A stretch of 47,532 bases of DNA, taken from the NCBI GenBank assembly GCA_000320545.1, contig ADNK01000863.1, forward strand, positions 1 through 47,532, given 5' to 3'. Of this stretch, positions 23,950 to 35,386 are shown piece by piece. The translations under genes were made by a program, and so were the position numbers. Positions within the stretch are counted from its first letter, which is position 1, and the number at the start of each line of letters is the position of its first letter. Below the pieces are notes generated by a model. The model had not been told where the DNA came from. It searched no databases and was given only the letters and a program-made list of their open reading frames with translations. Source of the DNA: Bigelowiella natans CCMP2755. Taxonomy: Eukaryota; Protista; Cercozoa.

Positions 23950-24366
23950 AAAAAAAATCGTCATGTTCGCTAGTCTCAATTTACCCAAAGTACACCGCGA
24001 TCATCCTTTACTGAATGACCTCTAAATCAAATATGCGTCAATGACTGAGCGTCGTCGCATTCACTTGTCTCCCAATTTTGGGGAGAATCTACCGCCATGA
24101 CTTTTCTTTCTCGTAGATAGATCTGCCGCCCCTTTTTTGTACTGTACCCATTTGAGAATCGGAGCTGCCGATCTGCCATTGTTTACTTCGATGAAAAACC
24201 TAATACTCGTAGCTTTAGCGCCTGTTCGAGATTCTGTGGAGATCCTAATGACTCCCCCGAAATTCTGAAAGATCTCCTATCCTGCAACCTGAAACGAATG
24301 TCGCATGCTAATAAATTGTGGTGATTTTTGAAATAACTCATCATAGAAAGGTGCTACGAGGGTAGG
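23950..24366. promoter_or_regulatory. Putative bidirectional promoter (globin / bL19m)
   Basis: A divergent gap with no microsatellites. It contains the dyad TCTCCCAA-N2-TTGGGAGA at 24068-24085. Confidence 0.5.
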
Positions 24367-24447
24367 ATGTTTTCCGCTCATATTGTTGACCAACTCCATA
24401 CGGAACGTTTCGCAAAGATTTCTCCATTAATTTTTCGCGCAGCAGCA

Positions 24448-25011
24448 ATGGCGGCCCTGACGCGGCACTTACGCGTGGGGTGTTCTCTGCGCTCCTTGCG
24501 ATGCCCCCCACGTACTACAAGCGTGCCTGCACCATATCTGAATTCAATCCCAATTGTTACCCCAAAGTTTTTCTGTATGAAAAATAGTACTTATGTCCAG
24601 CCAGACACCCCAAACAAAATAATGACGCAGCTTCGACGAGAGGAGATGGTGAAGGTTCGTGATGGCCGGAAATGGCCAGAATTCCGCGTCGGGGACAAAA
24701 TTCTCATTAAGCATGTGAGGTCCAAGTCGAATCCCCAACCTGAATACATACGGGGGATTGTGATGGCCATTAGGAGACCGAATTCTCTGACAGCAAGACT
24801 TATAATTCAGAGCACGGTCGAGGGCGACATACTCACCTATGATTTCCCCCTTTACTCTCCCAAAATCGAATCAATAAAGATTGAGGCCCAGTGTAAACCT
24901 AAGATACGTTCGCAGACATTCTATAAACCTCTGGGTTGGGGAGTCCAGCAAATTAAGACATGGTTAGGTCAGCAACTTAAACAAGCTAAGAAACAGCGTC
25001 GTGGAAAGTAG
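24448..25011 (+). CDS. MRPL19: Mitochondrial ribosomal protein bL19m, intronless
   Basis: PEFRVGDKILIKH, YIRGIVMAIRR and FPLYSPKIESIKI are L19 signatures. The Arg/Ser-rich N-terminal presequence is MAALTRHLRVGCSLRSLR. The ORF also has an upstream in-frame ATG at 24367. Confidence 0.92.
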   Translation: MAALTRHLRVGCSLRSLRCPPRTTSVPAPYLNSIPIVTPKFFCMKNSTYVQPDTPNKIMTQLRREEMVKVRDGRKWPEFRVGDKILIKHVRSKSNPQPEYIRGIVMAIRRPNSLTARLIIQSTVEGDILTYDFPLYSPKIESIKIEAQCKPKIRSQTFYKPLGWGVQQIKTWLGQQLKQAKKQRRGK

Positions 25012-25232
25012 AGGAGCACTGGACAACAATGCCAGCACTTTTGTCATACCTCTCAGATTGTCTTCCAAAATTCAAGAACACGTTAATTTCGGAACGTAGA
25101 GATCGCGATAAAGTAGCTCAACATATGCGAGTAATGATTGCAGAAAGTTACATTATACATGCGTATGGTCATCATGCGGCACGGTACAATTGAGTAGATT
25201 GCTCGAATCATGTACACATATGCATGTGCATG

Positions 25233-25235
<3 letters not shown>

Positions 25236-25330
<95 letters not shown>

Positions 25331-25348
25331 CGCGTATGTATATGTATG
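25236..25348. repeat. Compound (AT)n-(GT)n-(GC)n tract: 113 nt of uninterrupted purine-pyrimidine alternation
   Basis: Read directly from the sequence. It lies downstream of bL19 in a convergent intergenic region. Confidence 0.95.
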
Positions 25349-25917
25349 AGATGGATGTAATGAACGTTAGGTTTTTCAATTGTGTGTGCGTATATATGTG
25401 CGTACATGTGTACATAGATATATTTGTGCTGCGCCAGCATTGTATGCATGGCATTCCAAAAAATTAGCTACGATCGAAATTGGTATCTAGCTTATATGCG
25501 AAAGTGGGAGCCAAAATTATCTTGATTTGACATAAATGCATTTCCGACGCACGCTAGCAGATGGCAGCTAGCGCTGAACGTCTATCTATCGAGTCCGAAT
25601 ATGCCACCGTGGCGCATTGTGTTGCTTACATTATCGTGCATGTATTGTCATGCTTTTACAAGTTGCATAGATCATGACGGCAAATTGAAGCATGCTATAG
25701 CTAGCAGATAGGGCGCGCAAGCTAAGCATTGTCACATGCAATTCATTATTACAGATGGACATTCATGATCGACACAGCTTACATGCTAATCATGTCTACA
25801 GATTACTCGCAGAATACTAATGTACACGTGACATGCACTAGATAAATGTCTAGATGCGCGTCGTCTCATTAAAATAATCAGTGCAAGCACGCACACATTT
25901 ATTTACACGGAATCAAG

Positions 25918-26130
25918 CTATCTTTGATAGACTCTAATCTGATCATCGCCGTCTTCCTTCACTCTCTCCTCGTAGCGCCTTGCGGGAAGGGCTGCACACA
26001 CACACACACACACACAAAATAAAACATAACAACTCACGAGAAGTCATGACATGGAAGGTCTGTCGATCTGGAGGATTACTGGATCAAAAGGAGAGATCAT
26101 ATCCCAACGAACACACACACACAAAAATAT

Positions 26131-26181
<51 letters not shown>

Positions 26182-26300
26182 GTTTAGATGGAGCAAAATA
26201 ATGCAATTCAATGCAACTAAATTTGTGCCCCCCCCCCGGGAGCATGTGTACACAATCTAGCTTTGTGGGATCTGTGTGCGTGCGTGTGGGATGATGTGTG

Positions 26301-26341
<41 letters not shown>

Positions 26342-27017
26342 TGTGTGTGTGTGTGTTTTCGAGTGATGATAAAGTTCCTAATCCTTCTATATTCCATGGT
26401 ACGAGTAAATGTGATTGAGTGTGTGTGTCGCTTATTCTTAAGTTGCTGTTGCACGCTAGTTACTCCTTCCGTATCCTCTATGCCGGCCTCTTTGAGCAGC
26501 TTTTCCACATCATCCTTCATATACCCGTACTAGCAAAAGAAATATGATTATCGTGGACCAGGTGACATAAATAAGGTGGTAATATGGGGAGAAACAATCA
26601 GATCAACCGCTTCTTCCGTATCCATTGCCTGATACTCTAGAACAACTGAGGATAGGAGAAGAAGATTATGAGGGCAAGAAGGAGGAGGAGGAGGAAGAGG
26701 AGGAGGAGCTACGAAATTGAAGTCATCGCCGTCATCTTCATGAGTTTGCTTTGCAATGGTAGCAGTAATGAGAATGGCGACGATGAAGATGCAGATGACG
26801 ATCATTGGTACAATGAACGTCGACAATTTGTACACCACATCTAATGGAATTATTACGCTCATGCTGATAGATATGCTCGTTCGTTTTCGTTCTGAAGAAA
26901 AGAGCCAGATGATACCAATTGTAATTGTATGATGAATTTCATGCATTAGCTATACAAAATAAGAGATGTGGACTGCACTGCACGAAGTATTTATCTTTCT
27001 CTCTGATCCTCATCTCT

Positions 27018-27063
<46 letters not shown>

Positions 27064-27382
27064 CCCTTGCTCTGCGGTCTCTTTCAAAAAGTCTCCTGCT
27101 GCTGTTTTTTGAGTATGTCTGGCCACCACCACCACCACCACCACCACTACCACTACTACCACCACCACCACCACTGCCCCCGCCATCCACAAGCTTACAT
27201 ACAGATCGTAATGACTGCGTTCTCTGACATACTGTGTATTGTTTGCATTGCAGGTGGTAGTTGTGATAATGTCAAGGACATGGTGGTGGTGGTGGTGGTG
27301 GTGGTCAGCGTTGTTCGGTCATATTACGAGCTATCACTCCGCCAGCGACAGTTCGGTACTTTGCATCTATGCCTAAATATGC

Positions 27383-27433
<51 letters not shown>

Positions 27434-27568
27434 GTGTGTGCGTGTGATGCATATCAATGAATGCCATCGTAACTAGCGTTGTCGTTCACTAATGAGCAAT
27501 TATATCATCAATTACATGTCCTCCGCCTCAGGGGCATCGTCTCCAACCAGGTCTTTTAGTATCCCCTC

Positions 27569-27600
<32 letters not shown>

Positions 27601-27663
27601 GGATGATGCGTCATAGCAAGCATATGCAGTAGAACAATGCAACGTATGTTAGTACAAAGCAGT

Positions 27664-27695
<32 letters not shown>

Positions 27696-28073
27696 TAGTC
27701 GTCGTCGTCGTCGTCGTCGTCGTCAAAGTAGCAGCAGTAGCAATATCGCGGTATTAGTGTGGAGCGAGCGAAGATGTAATATCATGAATTATGATCTACC
27801 AGCATTTTTGATTGGCAGGCTGTTTCCCCCAAGATTCGTGCTGGAACTCGCCGTTCTCTGTGCTTTCTTTCTTTCGGACCTTGACAATGATGACGATGAC
27901 GATGCGTCACTTCCTTCACCATCATCATCCTAAATGCAGAGTGGTAGCAGGAGGAGGGGAAGGAAAAGGAACGAGTAAATGTATATACATTTTTGTAATT
28001 GTGTGTACAATTTATATCTTAATTTATTAACATACATGCACACACACAGTTTCTCTTTCTCTCCCTCTCTATC

Positions 28074-28111
<38 letters not shown>

Positions 28112-28168
28112 TCTTTCCCTCCTTCCCCTTCTTTCCCTCCTTCTCTCCCTCTGGTTGTGCGTTTGTGC

Positions 28169-28205
<37 letters not shown>

Positions 28206-28528
28206 CTGTGTATCTACAGCAAGAAACCCACCGTGTGATTTTTGCTCCGCCTCCTCTTCTTCTTTTTCTTCTTCTCCTCCTTATGCCTCCCCCGTCGGTG
28301 CCGATGGCCACTATGCTGCTCTTCACCCTCCCCCCCCCCCCCCTCCTCTTCATCTTCTTCTCGATGTTTCCTACGATGCCGGTGGTGGTGTCCACTACGG
28401 TGTTTAGATGATGACGACGATGACGTCCTCTTTGACTGCTGTTTCCTATCCCTCCGTTTTCCCTCTCCACCTTCATCCCTTGGGATGTTGGATGATGAAC
28501 TCCTTCCAGGCGTTGCTGCGAGCAGCAG

Positions 28529-28571
<43 letters not shown>

Positions 28572-28640
28572 TTTTATGGATGTGCGATGAGAAGGGGGGG
28601 AGGAAAGACGTAGTTAATAGAGGGCGGAGACAGGAGCAGC

Positions 28641-28686
<46 letters not shown>

Positions 28687-30026
28687 CAAAACTAATGACC
28701 TAGTCCAATCTTAGAATTTTGATCCGCGAAAGAGTTCATGGATATCTTCATCATGTCGCGGAACTTCTGTAGCCTAGGTTGGTTCTAAGCAGCACCAACA
28801 CAACAGAATCAGCAACGGTTTTTGTGAGGCATTCGGCACCTGAATCATCGAAATGATATGCACGATCTTCCGTTTACTACGTCCACTACCTTTCCCAGGA
28901 ATGCATTAGGCACTCCGTCTATCATTTGTCCTGTACGACGAGTAATATTGAGGAGAGGAAGCAGGGAGGAGGAGGAGGAGGAGGAGGAGGAGGAGGAGGA
29001 GGCGAGCATCATAAGTCACGATACGCGATACGACATGTCAGCATAACGATGCCAAAGACAGTTTGTTCACATGGGGGTGCGGAGCGAAAATTGTGAGAAA
29101 GGAATTGATTAATAGAATTCCAGAGCGGAGAGAATACCCAATCCAAGCCTCTTCAGTTTCTCATCGCGACGCGCCTAATTATTTACGCATTCGAAGTGCA
29201 TACATTCAGACCGACAAGCATATGGAAATGGCGGGGTGGGTGGGAAGGGGATCTTTAAATGGCATTATCTCTGAGGAATTTCAACTGAGGCGTCTGACAT
29301 CTATTCTCAGTTATGTATTATTTTGATGTTGCACTCTCATCGATCGTTGTTAGTTTCGAGTGGACGACCCTTTCAGCTTCGTAGCGTGAGTCCCTGTCCA
29401 ACTTCTCCTCTTCCTCTTTGGTCAACTGGATCGCCCTTTTCGTGTGTGATAGATGTGAATGTGTCTTCTCCGACCCTCCCCCCACCCTCCCTCTGATATG
29501 TCGTCGCTATTACTTTTACTATTACCATCATCATTATTATTATTACTATTATTATTTCTAACAGCGGACGAGTAGGAAAGGAAGGTTGAAACGCAAACAT
29601 GCGAAAGCACATATACGGACTTTCCCTGCGATTGAGCCATGATTATCTTAGCTCTGACAGGGTTCACTTGATTCAGACGCAAAAACTCTATTTCCGCTTT
29701 CTGAAACCAAATCAAAGGTCACTTCACAAGTGCATGATTTTGTTTCTCAAGCGGTATTTTTTATTAGTGTCCCGTCATATTTTATTTCAAATATCCGCTC
29801 AATATCATATGAATATCCAGATTCTACTTACACTCATGGCAGCAGCGAACTGCTTCTACTCTAAATATGTGAGAGAATAATACCTTGATCTCGGTCAAAG
29901 GATCCTCTTTGAGCCTCAGCCAGCTGTGTGTTAGTAGTGGTGGACGTGAAAAAAAATCGTATGCAATATTTTCATGTGATAGCATAGCGTGCAGCAGCCG
30001 ACAAGCCTTCAGGAAGTCAAATTTCT

Positions 30027-30065
<39 letters not shown>

Positions 30066-30563
30066 TATACGCACCTTTCGTGTTTGCTTTCCTTGCCTTG
30101 AGTGAGAGATTGGAACTGCTCCATCGGATTTGCTTCCGTCTGCGAATTGTACGGTGTTATCGTTGTAGTGTGTGCCAAACGGACATCGAAATGTAACGCA
30201 TTCACGTTGTCAAAAGCAGCAAAGTTGATCTCGAATATCTCTATCATGTGCGTGTACGATATCACACTTACGTCGCCGTATATCTCTGGGTAGCTCGATC
30301 CCATTCCAATTCTTCTCCCATGGAGATGGGTGAATGCACAGATGGCTTGCGAAGTTAAAATGCCAAGACTCAGCACCAAAAACGCGTAGACCTGCAGACA
30401 GCAGCAGGGGGGGGAGGGGGATGGCAATGTCCCGATTAATTCAGAGCGCTTCGAACAGATTTCGTTAGCATATCATCGTACGCACCGCGGGACCGAGCAG
30501 TCGTGCAGCCCCTCGCCTTCGCTTCCACCTCTCGCTGCGGAAGTCATGCTCGGGGGGAGGCAT
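25918..30563 (-). CDS. Multi-exon protein of unknown function, possibly plastid-targeted
   Basis: Many short complex-sequence exons lie between microsatellite introns, most joining in phase: MPPPEHDFRSERWKRRRGAARLLGPA|VYAFLVLSLGILTSQAICAF…|…WLRLKEDPLTEIK|…KAEIEFLRLNQVNPVRAKIIMAQSQGKS|…QLTKEEEEKLDRDSRYEAER|ARRDEKLKRLGL…|NQPRLQKFRDMMKISMN…|EGILKDLVGDD…|YQAMDTEEAVDLI…|YGYMKDDVEKLLKEAG…|ALPARRYEERVKEDGDDQIRVYQR*. Some junctions remain unresolved. Confidence 0.6.
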
Positions 30564-30865
30564 CAAAGTTCAACGCATATCATCCACCTTGGCTTTGCTG
30601 CTCCCCTCCTTCCCTCCAGAAATAATTTCAAGCGAAGAATAACTAAGATGAGCGAATGTTTTTGGAATTCACTAATGATTCGGATTAGTTTTTGACGAAG
30701 TACTATTTTAACATATTTGTGGTCAAATCAAGGGTATTATTTTGCCACATTATGATGTTTATTCAAGCCTGCTTTGCAAAGGCCTTCCCGCCAACTTGAA
30801 TCCACTGAACGCAGAGGGAACAGAAGAAAGGGAAGGAGGAGGAGGAGGAGGGAAGTGGAGCAAGG
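30564..30865. promoter_or_regulatory. Putative bidirectional promoter (unknown gene / SNF2 ATPase)
   Basis: A gap of about 300 nt between inferred divergent ATGs. Confidence 0.45.
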
Positions 30866-32287
30866 ATGGACGTTAGCGCATTCTTGCCTCCTCCCAACGA
30901 TACTTCCTCTCCTCCTCCTTCCTCTCCTCTCGCTGTGCCTCGGAAGAGAGAGCAGCAGCCTCTGAAAGATGCTCATGAAAACTCTGGTTTCGGAGCAAAA
31001 GCATACGTCTCCAAGGGAAACGACGTTCCTTACCTCTTGATGAGCGGTCCTAGAGAGGGGGAAAAGAGGATAGAGTCTACAAGGTCGTAAGATTTTCGGA
31101 AAATACGTTCCAATCTGAGCCAGGACTCACAACATTGTCTTTAGCGGCAGCCTTTGCATCAGGGGGAGGGATACGGCGGAGGATTCCTTCTCCGATTACG
31201 AGAACATGAGCGAATTGGGAAATCTTAGCGACCTGAGCGATTTCACTCCTATGCCGCGTCTGGATCCCCGCAATAAACATCCTATCCTCGAGATGGTAAG
31301 AAGATGTTGACAGCATGTTTGCCCCTCGTTCATCCTTGCTATTCTCTCTGTCAACCCACACTCAATTTGATATGTTCTTTCGACAAGGGTGTCAAGAGGG
31401 CCAAGAATAATAATGCAAGTCAAGCTGGGGACGAAGAGAAGCAAAAGTCTTACACAAAGAATGAATGGCCAAGTCTTGAAGAAAAAAGAAGGAAGCGTCT
31501 TCGCCTTCCTGCGCCTCGTTCGGTGCGAAACGTGCAGAATTGTGAACATCCTTAACTCTGGCTAAGACTGCTACATGATTGTCTAAGAGACTGGTTTTAT
31601 GCCTTGAAAGGTACGAAAAGCTTGGAGTTCTGAGGATCCAATGGAAAGCGAGAGGATCAGGAGGGAAATATTAGATATGAGGGACTATTGCTACCACGAA
31701 TCGACGTCACAGGATGATTGTGATTCATCTTCATCTTCTGTCAATGTAGTAGTAGTACCCACAACACTTTCTTGCACCGATCCGGCTTGCCCTATATAGT
31801 ATGAGCTAGCGTATTCCTATCCTTCCTTGTCCCTCTCTTACTATCTTTCTTTCCACTGACCTCATCAGCATCACCAGCGAGGCGGCCATAGTCTCCAAAC
31901 CATTCGATTGAACCCTAGGTCCTTGGCAGCGTCCCACTGCACATCTGGGGTTGCAAAGACAAGAAATGCAAGAGGAACGATGATGAGATCCAACGGTAGC
32001 TTAGGCCTTCTTACCACCCCCCTGAACAACCCAGACGACGATTCATCGGAAGAAGCTGCTGCATTGTCGCACTGGTGCGCGTGTCTTCAGGAATCGCTGC
32101 AGAGAGATGAGGGAAGTGATGAAACCATTGACGTAAAGGACGCGCTCTGCGGCTGGCGATTACGCCCACATCAGCAGGAAGGGGTACGTCGAAAGAGCAA
32201 CGACAGCTCTAGCGGAGAATGATGGCGCCATGGAATAGTAGTAGTAGTAGTAGTAGTTGTTGTTAGTAGTAGTAGTTGTTAGTAGTA

Positions 32288-32329
<42 letters not shown>

Positions 32330-32637
32330 AGATCACGACAACAGATAACGACGATAATACCCGGGGAGCAATGTCACGGTGCCAACGTTCGGGAGCAGCG
32401 GCGCGAGCACCTTTGTTTGTGAAAGAATGCGAATACGCCTATAATTAATTCATGTACTCCATCGTACGACAGGTGTCCTTCTTATGGGACAACTGCTTCT
32501 TGTCTACCGCGCTTGCAAGGTCTGGACACCATGGGTGGGGGTGCATTCTCAGCCACGTATGCGGTCTAGGAAAGGTAAACACCGTATCAGTTGATGATGA
32601 TGATGATGATGATAATATTCGTTCCCGATTAATCAAT

Positions 32638-32672
<35 letters not shown>

Positions 32673-32823
32673 GTAGCGTGGCTACTGTGACCATTCCTTC
32701 CTCTCATCCATCATCACCACAGACCGCACAGGCTCTATCCTTCTCCGCTGCAGTGATGACTGACTCCGTGGCCTTGGTAACAGCACCCTAGTCCTTTTCC
32801 TCGTCGTCTTTGTCGCCAAAACA

Positions 32824-32858
<35 letters not shown>

Positions 32859-34018
32859 ACGAATACAACAACATAGCCCCTCACCCGTCCCTCGTTTTTT
32901 TGATAACACAGGCAGACCACGCACTGATTGTTGTGCCCATTAATACTGCGGCAAACTGGAGGAGAGAGTGCGATCGATGGCTCGAGAGAGAAATACCGAG
33001 ATATTCGTTAAGGAAAAGCACGAATAGCAGCCATGCAAGCTTCGACGTACTCAGTGCGTGGGAAGCTACTGGAGGCGTTTTAATAGCAGGTGGTTTGTGC
33101 TGGGATGATGTTGTACAAAGGGGGAGGAGGGGGAGGGGAAGGATGGTTATGCTGTATTTCTTCCAAACCTAAGAAGCATGCCTTTGGGTAGCTGCTGCTT
33201 TCAATGATGAATTCTGCTGCTGTTGTTGTTGTTGTTGTTGTTGCTGTTGTTATTTTATTGATCTCCCAGGCTATGAGCGATTCCGAGAGCTTGTGACAGG
33301 GAAGAAGAGAGCAACCGAGAGATCTAAAGCCTTGCTGACAAAACTGCCAGATCTGCTCATCCTTGATGAGGCACACACATTGCGAGCGGGCGACTCTGGG
33401 CTGCTCACCGCTCTAAAGCTTGTGCACACGAGACGGCGGGTGATACATTTATGATGTTGCTATAGTTGCTGTGCTCCTTCGTAGCAAAGTCGTCGACATC
33501 ATATCCTGTGATATTCGCCTACTACCATTCACACCCAGGTTCTGTTGACGGGCACGCCGCTCCAGAATCGATTGGACGAGTATTATAATGTGGTAATGCG
33601 ATCGACAAATTCGCTACTCCCTGCTACCCTGCGAGGTGTGCTCTGAGGAGTCATCAACGTGAAAAAAACCCCGCATGCTTTACCATCATCATCGGCTATC
33701 ACTCATGAGCGGCACTAAGCATCATCGTTTCTATTAGATCGAATTCGCACGTCCTGGGTATCTTGGAGACACAAAGAGCTTTGAGAAACTATTCACCAAA
33801 TACATTCAACCCAGAATCAAGAACAGCAAGAAAAAAAAGACGGCAGGAAGAGGAGGAGGGGGAGTATGCAGTAAGCGTTCTTATGGTGGTATACAAGAGC
33901 GAGCACCCAGCCCCAGAGAACGACTATTCGTGCTACAGGACCTCACCAACGGATTTATTCACCGTCGAGATTATTCTTGTCTGAAAGGATTCCTTCCATC
34001 CATTGTACGTGCTACTAT

Positions 34019-34056
<38 letters not shown>

Positions 34057-34766
34057 TTGCCACTACTAATTTTGTTTGTTGTCTTCTTTAATCGGTGCCG
34101 TTTGTGTATAATACTCTTATTCCTCCTCCTCCTCCTCCTCCTCCTCCTCGTCCTCGTCAGCGTGATCTGACATCATGATTGCATTGTTCATCGTCAGTAC
34201 GACTACGCTATATTCGTGCCACTCACACTGCGCCAGCGCAAGGAATACAACGGGTTCTTGCAGCAGATTCAAGCTGATGACGAAGAGGATGATGATATCA
34301 TTAAAGATGAAGGGAACGATAGTAGCGATGATGATAGTGATGGTGATGACGATGATAACAGCATCTGGAATCTCGACCAAAACATAAACCAGAAAGCTGC
34401 TGCTACTGCTACTGCTACTACTATTACTACCACCACTAATCCTCGAGGCAGCAGCAGCAAGAGCAGGGTGGTGAGATGTCGGGTGTCCTTATTTGATTCC
34501 TTTTGGGAACTCTCAAAGGTTGCATCAGAGCCTTGCTACTCCTCTTCCTCTTCCTCCTCCTCATTTTCTTCTAAGGTGCCACCATCGTCATCGTCTTTGG
34601 CTGGATGCACTCGCGAAGATGTGGAAAGGAAGAAGCGTGAGGAGGCGGCAAGCTGCGGCTCTGGGAAGCTGGCCATTGCCACAGAGATTGCCCGTGCGGT
34701 GCGAGGTTACGGGGAAAAGATCATCATATTCTCTCAACGCCTTCGCGGTAGTAATGAAGCATGACA

Positions 34767-34809
<43 letters not shown>

Positions 34810-35337
34810 TGTCAAGTAGTTTGTTACTAATATTATTATCATCATTATTATTATTATTATCATTATCATCAACATCATGATAAGCATCGAAGCAGGTCTA
34901 TTCCGCAGCACAATCCTCCATTGATCATCCATACAGTGTGCATAATACTACACCTTGTGCCCCGTGTTCTTAGCCTTAGACTTGCTGGAACGGCATTTGG
35001 ACGCTGTCCTCGGGTTAGCACCAGGCCAAGGCACGCTCCGATTTGATGGAGGTGTCAGTCATCATCAGCGACTACCGCATGATTAGCACCTTGAGCTCTT
35101 TCCTTTGCAACTGGGTTTCGCCTTCTTCATCATCATCTTCTTCTTCTTCTTCCTCCGCTATTACTACTACTGCTGCTACTACTACGATTGTCACCGCTCT
35201 GACTGAGATAATATGCTGTTTCTGGTTGCTAGCCACCAATGGGGCCAAAAGACAGGAGCTTATAGACGTTTTTAACGACACCGATTCGGAGGTTGTCGTG
35301 GATGTGTGTGCATGCATCATTCACGCAATTTATACTT

Positions 35338-35386
<49 letters not shown>

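Noticed and set aside
23026-25011. Intron absence in the globin core and bL19 taken as evidence of bacterial horizontal transfer
   Set aside because: bL19m is an ordinary mitochondrial-origin gene, and long exons also occur in GLMN and TPP1, so lack of introns alone is not diagnostic. The globin may also have small 5' introns.
29600-29925. CWC25-like similarity (RLKEDPLTEIK…NPVRAKII versus KIREDPLFIIR…NPVKMKKI)
   Set aside because: The diagnostic CWC25 N-terminus (DLNLKKSWHP) is absent, and a probable intervening mini-exon (FAAAMS) breaks the spacing. It is likely coincidental.
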